IMG/VR virus record: IMGVR_UViG_3300023174_000151
Coordinates: 8,114-72,113 of that record
Direction: 5' to 3' (one strand)
Length of the DNA: 64,000 nt
Origin: a virus
Shown here: positions 47,772 to 57,533 of the stretch, piece after piece
Numbering within the stretch: the stretch's first letter is position 1
How the letters are laid out: each line of letters starts with the position of its first letter
Notes under the pieces: generated by a model
Database searches by the model: none
What the model was told of the DNA's origin: nothing
Seen by the model: only the letters and a program-made list of their open reading frames with translations
Program-made: the position numbers and the translations under genes

Positions 47772-48704
47772 TTAATTATATTGTTGTATTTGTTTCATTA
47801 ACTCTTCGTCAAATACCGCATTTTTAAACAAATCTGCAAGGTCTTGAGCTTGTACTTGTGCTCCAGTATTTACTTGTTGTGCTGTAGTTGCATTAAGTCC
47901 TGGCACAGATGTGATGGGTGATTGCAGCTGATAACCAACAGTAGGATTTTGGGGTTCGCCATAATCACGGTAATCATATTCTGTGCCAGCTTTACCGTAG
48001 GCGCTAAGTTCCTGTGGTGCTGCACCAGGGTTTATGGTATTTTGAATTACATCATATCCAGCTTGGCCAGGCTTTACTTTACTAGCTAAACCACCTGGAC
48101 CACCATACTTTTTAGCCCAGATTTGCATGCCAATATCTTCTGCTGTCTTAACGCTTTCAGGTGTAGCACCTTGAGCTGCAGCAATTTTACGTGCGTTTTC
48201 GTAACGCTGAAGTTCAGGATCTTGTGCTGTTAATTGCGCAGTACGAGACACTTCCTGTTGGTAGCTACGCTCTCCTGGTGGTACATAAGCATCAGCAAGA
48301 GGAGTTTGTGTACTAGTTCTTGGTAAAAGGTTACCAAATTGACCGCCTACTTTACCAGCTTCTCGCGTATAAACTAAATCTTTTCCACGTTGAGCAGGGA
48401 AAAAACGTTGTCCTCCAACATTGATTTCACCTAATGCAGCAGCATCCGGTGTATACCCTCCTTTCCCAAGCAAAACTTCTCTGCCATCTAAACGTGCAGC
48501 ACCTAAATTAGGAAGTTTTGTTTCGCTAGTTCCAAGATTTAAGAAGGCTCCTATTCTTGCAAGAGGATTAGCCGGTTCTGCCCCACGGATAACACCACCT
48601 TGTCTTAATCGATTAAGAACAGCTTGTTGCTCTCTAGCTCTTTGTACCTGACCTGGATCAGGAGCACTCTTTCTTTGTCCACCTTGATAAGCCATTAGCG
48701 CCAA
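47772..48704 (-). CDS. hypothetical, possibly internal virion, protein
   Basis: 310 aa; Gly/Ala/Gln-rich. Confidence 0.65.
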   Translation of the reverse strand: MALMAYQGGQRKSAPDPGQVQRAREQQAVLNRLRQGGVIRGAEPANPLARIGAFLNLGTSETKLPNLGAARLDGREVLLGKGGYTPDAAALGEINVGGQRFFPAQRGKDLVYTREAGKVGGQFGNLLPRTSTQTPLADAYVPPGERSYQQEVSRTAQLTAQDPELQRYENARKIAAAQGATPESVKTAEDIGMQIWAKKYGGPGGLASKVKPGQAGYDVIQNTINPGAAPQELSAYGKAGTEYDYRDYGEPQNPTVGYQLQSPITSVPGLNATTAQQVNTGAQVQAQDLADLFKNAVFDEELMKQIQQYN

Positions 48705-49156
48705 ACCTCATGAAGATAAATACGTGAGCCTACTGCCGTATCAGCAGGTCCCGGTAAAGCTTGAATAAACTCAGCACCAGAGCGTTCGTAACGGTATCTG
48801 GCTTGAAAAGGATCTTTGTAGTTTGGAACGTAAAGAATACCAGCTAAACGATTAGTTTCGTAAAGGTAAACTTCATCCCAAACCTTCAAGGCTTCCTTGG
48901 TATTACTAGAGCGGATCGTGCGATCCACATCACCTGCAATACTTTCTAAACGTGTGGAAGGAGAAGAGGCAACTTCTGTTTTCTTTTCAGCCGTATCACA
49001 ACGACCTATTTGAATAGCAATTTTGTCGTAGAAGTAAGAATCAGGAACAGTGTTCAAAGATTCTTCTAAACGAGCATAATCTCCCGCTGGAACAGAAACC
49101 ACATAGTAGCCCAGATGGTATCTAACTCTGCTTTTGTCGAAGTCAGAGAGTTGCAC
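48695..49156 (-). CDS. putative head-tail adaptor/structural protein
   Basis: 153 aa; DKSRVRYHLG N-terminus; lies downstream of the capsid genes. Confidence 0.5.
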   Translation of the reverse strand: MQLSDFDKSRVRYHLGYYVVSVPAGDYARLEESLNTVPDSYFYDKIAIQIGRCDTAEKKTEVASSPSTRLESIAGDVDRTIRSSNTKEALKVWDEVYLYETNRLAGILYVPNYKDPFQARYRYERSGAEFIQALPGPADTAVGSRIYLHEVWR

Positions 49157-49195
49157 TTCTATTCCTCCTTATCTATTTATTATAAAAGCATGTAA

Positions 49196-49924
49196 TCAAC
49201 TAAATACATTGTTAAGGAAATCACCTGTTGCTGCAGACTTACCTTGTATAAACGGATTACTTGTTGAGTAGGATGACAGGAAAGATTGTGGGTTAAGTGC
49301 TTGACTCAAAACATTACCTAATAACTGTTCTTTCAACTGTTGTTCAAATGTCTTTGGTGCTTCCTTTGGTTTATCTGTAGATCCTACACCATACAAGAAA
49401 GCTTTAAGTATATCTTCTGTTCGTGCGTCAGTGGATGTTGTTGTTTGTGCAGGTGTAGTTACAGCCGGTGTAGTTGATGCAATTGTACTGCTCCCCGCTG
49501 GTTTTGTATGTAAGAACTGAATATCATAAGGTTGTCCTTTTGGATCTGTAGTTGATAAAGTACCATAACCTTTATTTGGTGTAAAGGTACCATAACCTTT
49601 ATAAGCTAATTGCGTCCCAGCGCCAATGCCTAAATCAATTCCCTCATGGTACGTTGATGCTCCTGCGGTAGGTGCAGAACGTGGTCCAAAACGTGATGTG
49701 ATTGGATTGTTCCAGCTCCACTGACCATCTTTGCCTTGTTGTACGATAGGCTTCCCTGCAGCTTGTATATTTTGAAGTAAAGATCTTATTGTCTCTGGGT
49801 TAATTTTTTTACCTTTATCTTTTCCAAATTGTGGAATTACACGTACATCAAGATGTGGTCCAGTAGTCGCAAAGACATCTTCTCCGGGACTAGCAATTTT
49901 TCCTATCGGTATTAAACCTGCCAT
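49196..49924 (-). CDS. M23/LytM-like peptidase domain protein, circularly permuted
   Basis: TTGPHLD precedes ITSRFGPR...YHEGIDLG. Confidence 0.65.
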   Translation of the reverse strand: MAGLIPIGKIASPGEDVFATTGPHLDVRVIPQFGKDKGKKINPETIRSLLQNIQAAGKPIVQQGKDGQWSWNNPITSRFGPRSAPTAGASTYHEGIDLGIGAGTQLAYKGYGTFTPNKGYGTLSTTDPKGQPYDIQFLHTKPAGSSTIASTTPAVTTPAQTTTSTDARTEDILKAFLYGVGSTDKPKEAPKTFEQQLKEQLLGNVLSQALNPQSFLSSYSTSNPFIQGKSAATGDFLNNVFS

Positions 49925-49954
49925 TTGTATTTTATTTTTCTTTTATTCTAAAAG

Positions 49955-49979
49955 CAAAAACCCCCAGTTTCCCAGGGGT
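49955..49979 (-). terminator. intrinsic terminator
   Basis: CCCCTGG-GAAA-CTGGGGG followed by TTTTT on the minus strand. Confidence 0.65.
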
Positions 49980-49995
49980 AAATAGGAGATGAGTA

Positions 49996-50406
49996 TTAAA
50001 CACGTATTAAATCAGCAGCAAAAACGTTTTCCCAATCAATTCGTTTAATCTGTCTCAGTTGTTCGAGATTGTTGAATCTTTCACCTGATAAGGACATTTG
50101 AAGATCTTTGATCTCACGAGCGGTCTTAAGACCAATGCCCTTGATATGATCTGCGAGCATCTGAGCAGTTGCTGAATTTACATTCAAGCGATGATCAGGA
50201 GGGAAAGTACGTGGCTCTTCTTTTGCTGCTTTATCTTTTACCTGAAGAGTCTTTACCTTTTTAGTGGCATCTTCATCAGGAGATATTTCAGTTTTATAAG
50301 CTGTAAATAAACGTCCGTCTTGGTCTTCGACCATAAACCAATCGCCGTTATCCCACTCGCTTATAACTTTGAGGCGTGCGCCTGTCTTTTTGTGCTGATA
50401 GAGCAT
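49996..50406 (-). CDS. helix-hairpin-helix (ComEA-like) DNA-binding protein
   Basis: LNVNSATAQML..IKGIGLKTAREI...FNNLEQLRQIKRI. Confidence 0.75.
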   Translation of the reverse strand: MLYQHKKTGARLKVISEWDNGDWFMVEDQDGRLFTAYKTEISPDEDATKKVKTLQVKDKAAKEEPRTFPPDHRLNVNSATAQMLADHIKGIGLKTAREIKDLQMSLSGERFNNLEQLRQIKRIDWENVFAADLIRV

Positions 50407-50444
50407 AAGGACCAGAAGAGTGTTCTGGTCCTAGTTTACCCTAA

Positions 50445-51248
50445 TTAGCTAACAGTGCGACCAATTAAGTAGCTATCGATATCTTCGTAGCCAGGAGCTT
50501 CATCAGGTTGGATGTAGCATATTTCAACTACAAAGTAACCTGTACGACCAGCAAGTGAATCACCACTGGAGATGTAGAAACCACCAGAAGTAGCTGTACT
50601 GTTAGCTGTCTCTTTTGCAAACACCTTCATGGTGGTGGATGCAGTAGCAGCGTAGTTTACATTACCGGCTGTTACACCAGCAGCACCAGAGGCGATAAGG
50701 AAAGGGTTAGTACCAAAACCTTGAACACCTGCAGCAAACAAGATTTCACCAGCTTGGCTACCTGAAACTGTAGAGGTTAGGTTTGCTTGAATAACGCCTT
50801 CACCAATGCCAGATGCAGCGGTTGGTGAGCCAGCATTACTGCGACCGAATGATAATACGTTACCTGTTGCGGCATAGATGCCGGAAGCAACGCGACCATC
50901 ACCCCAACCAGAAGCTACGGAAACCGCAGTGCGGTACACGTAAGCAGGTAGGGTAGATGAACCAGAGATCACCATACCAGTAATATTGGTACGTGTGTCG
51001 TCATTCTGATAAGGAGAAGGAACGATCACATCAGCAGCAGATACTGCACCAGCACCAGATGTTGCAGTTACAGCGACATAACCACGTTGTTGAAAATAAC
51101 GATAACCGGGGAGCGACAATACGGAAGTAGGGCCACCTTTAGTTGCATCATTAGAGCCGTTGTCGTTGGTATCAATGTTTTTGTACCAACCGTTCAGGGG
51201 TTCTATCCAGTTGCCTGGGTAGATTTTCTTAGCGGACAAATAAGTCAT
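50445..51248 (-). CDS. structural protein, capsid-associated candidate
   Basis: 267 aa; Gly/Ala/Ser/Thr-rich; directly after the capsid gene. Confidence 0.6.
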   Translation of the reverse strand: MTYLSAKKIYPGNWIEPLNGWYKNIDTNDNGSNDATKGGPTSVLSLPGYRYFQQRGYVAVTATSGAGAVSAADVIVPSPYQNDDTRTNITGMVISGSSTLPAYVYRTAVSVASGWGDGRVASGIYAATGNVLSFGRSNAGSPTAASGIGEGVIQANLTSTVSGSQAGEILFAAGVQGFGTNPFLIASGAAGVTAGNVNYAATASTTMKVFAKETANSTATSGGFYISSGDSLAGRTGYFVVEICYIQPDEAPGYEDIDSYLIGRTVS

Positions 51249-51285
51249 TTATTTTTTCCTTTGGGGATTATTACAGTGATTATGT

Positions 51286-52452
51286 TTAAACAGTGCCGTC
51301 ATCGGAGACGTAGCTGAATGCGGTAGTAACGAAGTCCTTGTTCAAGGCTTCAAAACCAGCATACAGTTGCCAAATCAAGATGATGAAACGACTGAAGTCA
51401 TCGTTGTTGTTGATGAGAACTTGAGCGTTAGGACCACCGATACCTACGCCAATTGCTTGAGGACCAAAGAAATAACCTTGGGCAACTTCTTGGGAAGCGT
51501 AAGTACCACCTGTACCAGCAAAGGAGGTAGTAACGTTCTTGGTTGGGAAGTTCGTTGATTCGTAGAACTTCACACCTTCAAACTGAACACCAGTTGGCAT
51601 TACAGGTTCACCAGCCAAGAAGTAAGCTTGACCAGCTTGAGGACCCATGAAGAAGCTGGCGTTGTTAGGCATCATGGGGTTAGCCATGTACATGCCTTGA
51701 CCGGGGTTACCGGCATAACGTGCAATCTCACGGAAGTCAGGATCACGACGCAAGTGCATCATGAATGTAGGATCGCATACACAACGATACAAGCCATCAG
51801 CAAAGCTTGGTACGTTGCGCTTACGTAGATCCTTAACAACAGTCAGTAGGTCAGTACGTACTGAGAACTGTTGCTGATCGGCGGTATACTCAGTTGCAGT
51901 ATAGGTAATGCGATTAGAAGAATCTTTTGTCTTACCGCTAGGGAAGTAGTAACCACCTTGGGTTCCAGAAGCTTGACCGTTAGCTTCAGTTTTAGCTAGT
52001 TCGTCAAGGAAGACGCGATCGCGCCAACGACGATAGTCATCTAGCAGTGTGAGGCTACCGATAGATTGATGGAACATATTCAAGTTACCTGTGTCCAGCA
52101 ACATGCGCTGAGCGGTAACTAGAGTCTCACGAGCAATCTTAAAGGTTGAAGGTTGGGTAGGATCACCAGGGTCCGCAGGACCGGTGTACTCCTTAAGCAC
52201 CACAAGGACTTTCTCCTTGGTGATGTTACGGCTATTAGCGGTACCAATGGTTTGGTCGGCAATACGCTCGCGGCTATCCTTAGTGCCAGGGGTTCCCCAG
52301 AACTTGTAGCGGTCGAGTTGTACAGTTTGACCAGGTTGACGTGTGAAGTCGTGGACGACCACGGGCTCAACAGCCATTTCCGCAATATAAGCAGGGTGGG
52401 GACGGTAAAGTTCCGCACCTAGAATCTTCGGAAAATCGTTATCAATGAACAC
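51286..52452 (-). CDS. major capsid protein
   Basis: 388 aa; follows portal and scaffold; strongly biased codons; PGQTVQLDRY and DDFSRFIILIW resemble N4-gp56-type capsids. Confidence 0.75.
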   Translation of the reverse strand: MFIDNDFPKILGAELYRPHPAYIAEMAVEPVVVHDFTRQPGQTVQLDRYKFWGTPGTKDSRERIADQTIGTANSRNITKEKVLVVLKEYTGPADPGDPTQPSTFKIARETLVTAQRMLLDTGNLNMFHQSIGSLTLLDDYRRWRDRVFLDELAKTEANGQASGTQGGYYFPSGKTKDSSNRITYTATEYTADQQQFSVRTDLLTVVKDLRKRNVPSFADGLYRCVCDPTFMMHLRRDPDFREIARYAGNPGQGMYMANPMMPNNASFFMGPQAGQAYFLAGEPVMPTGVQFEGVKFYESTNFPTKNVTTSFAGTGGTYASQEVAQGYFFGPQAIGVGIGGPNAQVLINNNDDFSRFIILIWQLYAGFEALNKDFVTTAFSYVSDDGTV

Positions 52453-52569
52453 TTTGTTTTATCCTCCAGTTCTCGGGGAATGTTTTTACAGGGTGAAAGA
52501 TTCAGACATTATATGTCTTATCTAACATGATTTTAACAGCTTGTAATTTATTCATTACAAGCTGATGTA

Positions 52570-53565
52570 TTACTCCATTACAAACAGTTTGTTTGCAACA
52601 GTTTGAGGTTGTGCTTGATTCAAAATGCGCCAAGCATTTTGTGGATCACGTGTCATTGTGTCGTTAAATTCACCCCAGAAATTACCAGGGGCTTGAGGAG
52701 CAGCAGCAGCAGGAGGTGCAGGGAACTGACCTACTTGTGTATAACCAGCAGGCTGAGTGGGATAACCACGAGTAGCTAGTTGCTGTTCATTTTCGTACAC
52801 AGGATAAGGACCTTCAGGACCGAAGAACTTAAGTGTGTAGTCGCTGAGTACATCAGGGTTAGTCAGAATCTCGTTATAAGCGAGGTTCTCCTGGTGCTCA
52901 TTAACGGCAAAGTTGGCGTAACCGGTAATGCAGTTAGTTGCGCGGTTTCCCCATGCGACGGCGCTGTCCACCATTGCTTCCAGGTTTAGCGCGTAGTTGT
53001 TCAGGACTGCTGGCGCTTCCATCCCGAACGCGTCCAGAACCTGACGAGTCTCGTTGCTCAGATTGTAGTAATCTGCTATCGCCGTATTTACTTCCTGGTG
53101 AGCCTGAGCCCCCGAGGATCCCGTCAAGTAGGTTGGGGAATAGTTGGGCGAGTAAACCTGGTTGGCTTGCCAGGTCTGCGGAGCCGATTGTTGCGTAGCT
53201 TGGCTGTACGGAATTCCGTAATTGGCCGGGGTATACTGAGGTGCCGCTTGAGAGGGTTGACCCTGGAACGGGGATTGGACTGGTGCGCTCAGTAGCCCCA
53301 CTACCTTGTTGAACGCCGACTCCCATGGGTTGCCCTGAGGTGCCGCCGGTTGGGATTGGGGGGCGTATTGAGTAGGGCTTGATAGGTAACTGGGGTTCGC
53401 CTGAGGTACCGCTTGGGGGTAGCTCGTACCCACTTGATAAGCCTGAGGTGCTGCCTGGTAGCTGACCGGAGCTGCTTGTGGTGCTGCCACCACGTAGTTG
53501 CTCGGAGCGACGGCTGCTGGTACTTGGCTCATCTGTGGGATCGATTGGACGGTAGCGTCCTGCAT
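52570..53565 (-). CDS. capsid scaffolding-like protein
   Basis: 331 aa; Pro/Gln/Ala-rich; between portal and capsid genes. Confidence 0.6.
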   Translation of the reverse strand: MQDATVQSIPQMSQVPAAVAPSNYVVAAPQAAPVSYQAAPQAYQVGTSYPQAVPQANPSYLSSPTQYAPQSQPAAPQGNPWESAFNKVVGLLSAPVQSPFQGQPSQAAPQYTPANYGIPYSQATQQSAPQTWQANQVYSPNYSPTYLTGSSGAQAHQEVNTAIADYYNLSNETRQVLDAFGMEAPAVLNNYALNLEAMVDSAVAWGNRATNCITGYANFAVNEHQENLAYNEILTNPDVLSDYTLKFFGPEGPYPVYENEQQLATRGYPTQPAGYTQVGQFPAPPAAAAPQAPGNFWGEFNDTMTRDPQNAWRILNQAQPQTVANKLFVME

Positions 53566-55312
53566 AACTCATCTCCTTTTGTAATGCTTCTAATGTACGA
53601 TACAGATATGGAGTTAGATCCAATCTTGGATCCGCAGCCATCGGTAAGTCCGGTGATTGCGGGTGAGGAGTCTGCATCATACCCCCCACCAGGCGAGAGA
53701 ATTGAGAGTATGCACTCTGTAATTCATTCACCATCCTGAACGGGAACCCAGATAACATCTCGGCCCGCTCCTCTTCCGTTTTTGAGGGGAAGAGGTATTT
53801 CAGTGCTTCAATGCTATCAACACCTAATTCCTGTAGGTTCCTAACAACAATTGAGTTGTTAAGAATATCTTGTGTTGAGTCTTCATAAACAGGACCCAGC
53901 CAACGCCATTGGAGCGTCACATCTCCATCTGGAATTAGTCCTAATACACCAGGTGGTATTTGTTGGGTCTTAAGACAAGCCATCATTATCTTTTTGACTT
54001 GGGCCTCAAACATACCCATAGCTTCGTTATATGCTGCTGTATCTTCATCAGTAGCTTGCTCGGGAAGTTCCAAGGGTCTTTCGATTCCTGCAGCCGCTGC
54101 TAATGTGTTACGGAATAAAGTTTCTTCTTGGAATAAGATAAGTTCTAGACAACGACATATTCCATATGTGTAAATAGCAGTTGCCTTCTTCTTTGCAGTG
54201 GCAGATACTCTACCAAATAACGATTTATATTCTGTTGCAGTTACACCTGCAGATATAGATAGTTCGTCTACACCACCAAGAGATGTACGTATCTCTTCTC
54301 GATATTGACGTGCAAAAGAATTTTGATCTCCTGTGATTGCATCTGGAACAATGTAACCAACACGATCGTTAGGTTCAAGGTTTGCAATGATGCGTGGTAC
54401 GCGAAGCTGACCATCGATACCGCGATAGATAGGATCAGATTTAAACTGAGATCTACTTAAGGGTCCTGCACCACCAAAGCCTGAGTTTGCTGCAATAGAA
54501 GGACGTTGCACAGTAGCGGTGTCACTACTCGATTCCATTAGGTCCGTTTTAGGACGAGAAGAAAGTAGAGTTGGGCTACCAAAGAAAGTAACATTCTTCC
54601 GCATGGTGCGCACCAAGTCATCATGCGTGCATATATGGTTGGCTAAGGCGTCAAATTCACCAACACCTTCCATTGAAAAACCTTTGGTATTGTTAAAGAT
54701 TTCAACACAAGGAATAAAGCCAAGCGTATTTTTAAGTGTGGTGGTACGCCCAGAGTTCATTTGATAGTTAGTATCAAATGAAAGTTCTGCCTCCGAGTGT
54801 GTCTCTTCTATTGTCTTACGTTTAATTGAAAGACGAATATAACGTTTAACTCCGCCTTGTCCCATGGAAGCAGGACCTGTTACATCAGAAGATACAATGT
54901 CTTGTTGAAAGCCAAAACCTTGACGTATCTTGTAGCTATAGATAATTACAACTTCGTCTAACTCACCGTCAATGTTGTAGAAACTCCTATACTCATTACG
55001 TCTAAAGAAATAAAGGCGATAATTGTTTTCTGTAGGACGTATGTAAAAAAGACCTTGTCCATCACATAGGAAGTAGTCCCAGATGGAATCTAGGCGTGTG
55101 TCTATTTGATTGAATTTAATTACACGGTCGATAAAGTCTTTGCGTTGATTACCAAAGTTATCTTGAGCTGGAAAGAATTCAACACCCTGGCGGATGCCAA
55201 ACAACTTCATCTGTGCTAAGTGGGACGCGACAATGCCGGTATCAACGGAAGCTCCTCCATCCTTCTCGATGTAGGAATCAACAATCTCTTTAAGCCGGGC
55301 TTTAGCGTCCAT
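52934..55312 (-). CDS. portal protein with long low-complexity C-terminal extension
   Basis: Position between terminase and scaffold/capsid; NTLGFIPCVEIFN motif typical of SPP1-like portals. Confidence 0.7.
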   Translation of the reverse strand: MDAKARLKEIVDSYIEKDGGASVDTGIVASHLAQMKLFGIRQGVEFFPAQDNFGNQRKDFIDRVIKFNQIDTRLDSIWDYFLCDGQGLFYIRPTENNYRLYFFRRNEYRSFYNIDGELDEVVIIYSYKIRQGFGFQQDIVSSDVTGPASMGQGGVKRYIRLSIKRKTIEETHSEAELSFDTNYQMNSGRTTTLKNTLGFIPCVEIFNNTKGFSMEGVGEFDALANHICTHDDLVRTMRKNVTFFGSPTLLSSRPKTDLMESSSDTATVQRPSIAANSGFGGAGPLSRSQFKSDPIYRGIDGQLRVPRIIANLEPNDRVGYIVPDAITGDQNSFARQYREEIRTSLGGVDELSISAGVTATEYKSLFGRVSATAKKKATAIYTYGICRCLELILFQEETLFRNTLAAAAGIERPLELPEQATDEDTAAYNEAMGMFEAQVKKIMMACLKTQQIPPGVLGLIPDGDVTLQWRWLGPVYEDSTQDILNNSIVVRNLQELGVDSIEALKYLFPSKTEEERAEMLSGFPFRMVNELQSAYSQFSRLVGGMMQTPHPQSPDLPMAADPRLDLTPYLYRTLEALQKEMSYAGRYRPIDPTDEPSTSSRRSEQLRGGSTTSSSGQLPGSTSGLSSGYELPPSGTSGEPQLPIKPYSIRPPIPTGGTSGQPMGVGVQQGSGATERTSPIPVPGSTLSSGTSVYPGQLRNSVQPSYATIGSADLASQPGLLAQLFPNLLDGILGGSGSPGSKYGDSRLLQSEQRDSSGSGRVRDGSASSPEQLRAKPGSNGGQRRRMGKPRN

Positions 55313-55343
55313 TAATTATTACCTTTGTTAAATGCTAGCAGAT

Positions 55344-55766
55344 TCAAGAGACGTATTTATTAATAAATCCGTTTGGTAAAGAAGATTGATTTTCGCGAAG
55401 CTGCGCTAAGATCTGTTCCATACCATCAGAATTTTCAGTAAAACCAGCAAAATTACCTGGCTGACCTGGATTCATTTGTGCTGTTGCACCGGCAAGGTTA
55501 CTAGAACCAAAAGGTGATCCGGCTAAAGGAAGTTGTGGACCACCGCTAGGAGTAATCCCACGGCGTTTCATTTCGTCAAGTAACTGTTGATTATTTGGAG
55601 TGCTCTGTAGAAGACGTCGTATCTGTTCTTCTGAACGGCCACCTAAAGCACCTGGACCTTTATTCACATCAAAACTAGGGTTACCAGCAAGGAAGCTATT
55701 AGCTGTACCACCTATATTTCCAACCGCTCCAGGTACGTTGCGTTCTCCGCCATAATAACCAGCCAT
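55344..55766 (-). CDS. hypothetical Gly-rich protein
   Basis: 140-aa ORF. Confidence 0.6.
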   Translation of the reverse strand: MAGYYGGERNVPGAVGNIGGTANSFLAGNPSFDVNKGPGALGGRSEEQIRRLLQSTPNNQQLLDEMKRRGITPSGGPQLPLAGSPFGSSNLAGATAQMNPGQPGNFAGFTENSDGMEQILAQLRENQSSLPNGFINKYVS

Positions 55767-55792
55767 AATCTAACTACTTACTTTTGTGTATT

Positions 55793-55975
55793 CTACTCTT
55801 CTATAACCTCATAACCGCTTGAGTCATTTACTTTGCTTAGAACGATGCCGTTACTACGTACATCCCAACTAAGCACATCATCCTCCTTCCAACCCAACTC
55901 GTCGATTACTTCCTCTGGAAGCGTGATGAAACAATCACCGTTTTCATCTTCTTGGACTTCAAGTACGTAGCTCAT
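55793..55975 (-). CDS. AbrB/MazE-like swapped-hairpin protein
   Basis: FITLPEEVIDELGWKEDDVLSW. Confidence 0.65.
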   Translation of the reverse strand: MSYVLEVQEDENGDCFITLPEEVIDELGWKEDDVLSWDVRSNGIVLSKVNDSSGYEVIEE

Positions 55976-56265
55976 TTTGCTAAAAGCTTTTCAATTAGCT
56001 TATCAAGCTTATTGTTAATCTGTCTAAAATTACTATGCATTTCTGTAATCTCGTGTAAGAAATCAACCTTTAATACGTAATCCATTGGTAAACGCTTTAC
56101 TTCATCTTCTAGATTGTCGATCCTACGTCTCTGTGTGTTGATGTGTTCCACGCCTTGTTGGATCCTCTCCGTTTGACGGGACAACAGTTTATTAGCCACC
56201 CAGGAACCACCTGTGATCGCTGAAATGACCGCAGTCAAAAAGATGGCAGCGTATTCCGGACCCAA
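55972..56265 (-). CDS. membrane-anchored coiled-coil protein
   Basis: N-terminal hydrophobic helix followed by a coiled coil; LPMDYVLKVDF. Confidence 0.6.
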   Translation of the reverse strand: MGPEYAAIFLTAVISAITGGSWVANKLLSRQTERIQQGVEHINTQRRRIDNLEDEVKRLPMDYVLKVDFLHEITEMHSNFRQINNKLDKLIEKLLAK

Positions 56266-56296
56266 GGTGTTAGATTTCTTTCCTTTAGTTTACAAT

Positions 56297-56325
56297 AAAA
56301 AACCCGACCGTGTTAGCAGTCGGGT
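56297..56325 (-). terminator. terminator after psbA
   Basis: ACCCGAC-N10-GTCGGGT followed by a T run. Confidence 0.7.
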
Positions 56326-56344
56326 CGATAATTTTATTTTAAAT

Positions 56345-57424
56345 TTAGCTTAAGGCCGGAGCCTTTAGTGCCACGAGAACAGACTCAGTTGTTGCAAGGT
56401 CAAGAGGAAAGTTATGTGCATTACGCTCATGCATAACCTCGAAGCCTAGGCCAGCTCTGTTGAGAATATCAGCCCAAGTAGGCACCACGTGATTCTGACT
56501 ATCAACAATAGATTGGTTGAAGTTAAAACCATTTAAGTTAAATGCCATGGTTGATACACCAAGTGCAGCAAACCATATACCAATCACAGGCCAAGCGGCA
56601 AGAAAGAAATGAAGACTACGACTATTGTTAAAGCTGGCATACTGGAAAATAAGTCTTCCAAAATAGCCGTGTGCTGCAACGATGTTGTAGGTCTCTTCTT
56701 CTTGACCAAACTTGTAGCCATAGTTTTGAGATACGTTTTCAGTCGTCTCGCGTACCAATGAGGATGTGACGAGAGAACCGTGCATAGCACTAAATAACGA
56801 TCCACCAAAAACACCAGCTACACCCAACATGTGAAAAGGGTGCATAAGGATGTTGTGTTCGGCCTGAAACACAAACATGTAGTTGAAGGTTCCCGATATA
56901 CCCAGGGGCATTGCATCAGAAAACGAACCTTGACCAAAGGGATACACAAGGAACACTGCAGTTGCTGCAGCTACTGGTGCGGAGTACGCGACACAAATCC
57001 AGGGGCGCATCCCTAATCTATAACTAAGTTCCCACTCTCGTCCCATGTAAGCAAAGATGCCAATGAGGAAGTGGAAGATGATGAGCTGAAAGGGACCCCC
57101 GTTGTAGAGCCACTCGTCAAGCGAAGAAGCTTCCCAAATTGGGTAGAAATGTAAGCCGATTGCATTGCTGCTTGGCACAACGGCTCCGCTGATGATGTTG
57201 TTTCCGTATAAGAGGGATCCAGCAACAGGTTCACGAATGCCATCGATGTCAACGGGTGGAGCAGCAATAAAAGCGATGATAAAACAAATGGTGGCGGCCA
57301 GTAGGCAAGGGATCATAAGTACACTAAACCAACCGACATAAAGACGATTTTCGGTGCCTGTAACCCACTCACAAAACTGATCCCACCCAGCCACGCCAGA
57401 ACGTGGGGCAAGAGTAGAAACCAT
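56345..57424 (-). CDS. psbA: photosystem II D1 protein (359 aa)
   Basis: [39 protein letters not shown] and [13 protein letters not shown]; ATG at 57424. Confidence 0.98.
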   Translation of the reverse strand: MVSTLAPRSGVAGWDQFCEWVTGTENRLYVGWFSVLMIPCLLAATICFIIAFIAAPPVDIDGIREPVAGSLLYGNNIISGAVVPSSNAIGLHFYPIWEASSLDEWLYNGGPFQLIIFHFLIGIFAYMGREWELSYRLGMRPWICVAYSAPVAAATAVFLVYPFGQGSFSDAMPLGISGTFNYMFVFQAEHNILMHPFHMLGVAGVFGGSLFSAMHGSLVTSSLVRETTENVSQNYGYKFGQEEETYNIVAAHGYFGRLIFQYASFNNSRSLHFFLAAWPVIGIWFAALGVSTMAFNLNGFNFNQSIVDSQNHVVPTWADILNRAGLGFEVMHERNAHNFPLDLATTESVLVALKAPALS

Positions 57425-57533
57425 GAGGACGTTAAGAAACATGTAGATATGTAAGGAATTCCTCACATTTTTATTCTATACGTTAAGATCTATTGCTGTA
57501 ACTAGTCTTTGTAATTTTATAAAATCTTTAGAA

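Noticed and set aside
57425-57466. N-terminal extension of D1 given by the ORF track
   Set aside because: D1 length and homology fit the ATG at 57424; the upstream part is leader.
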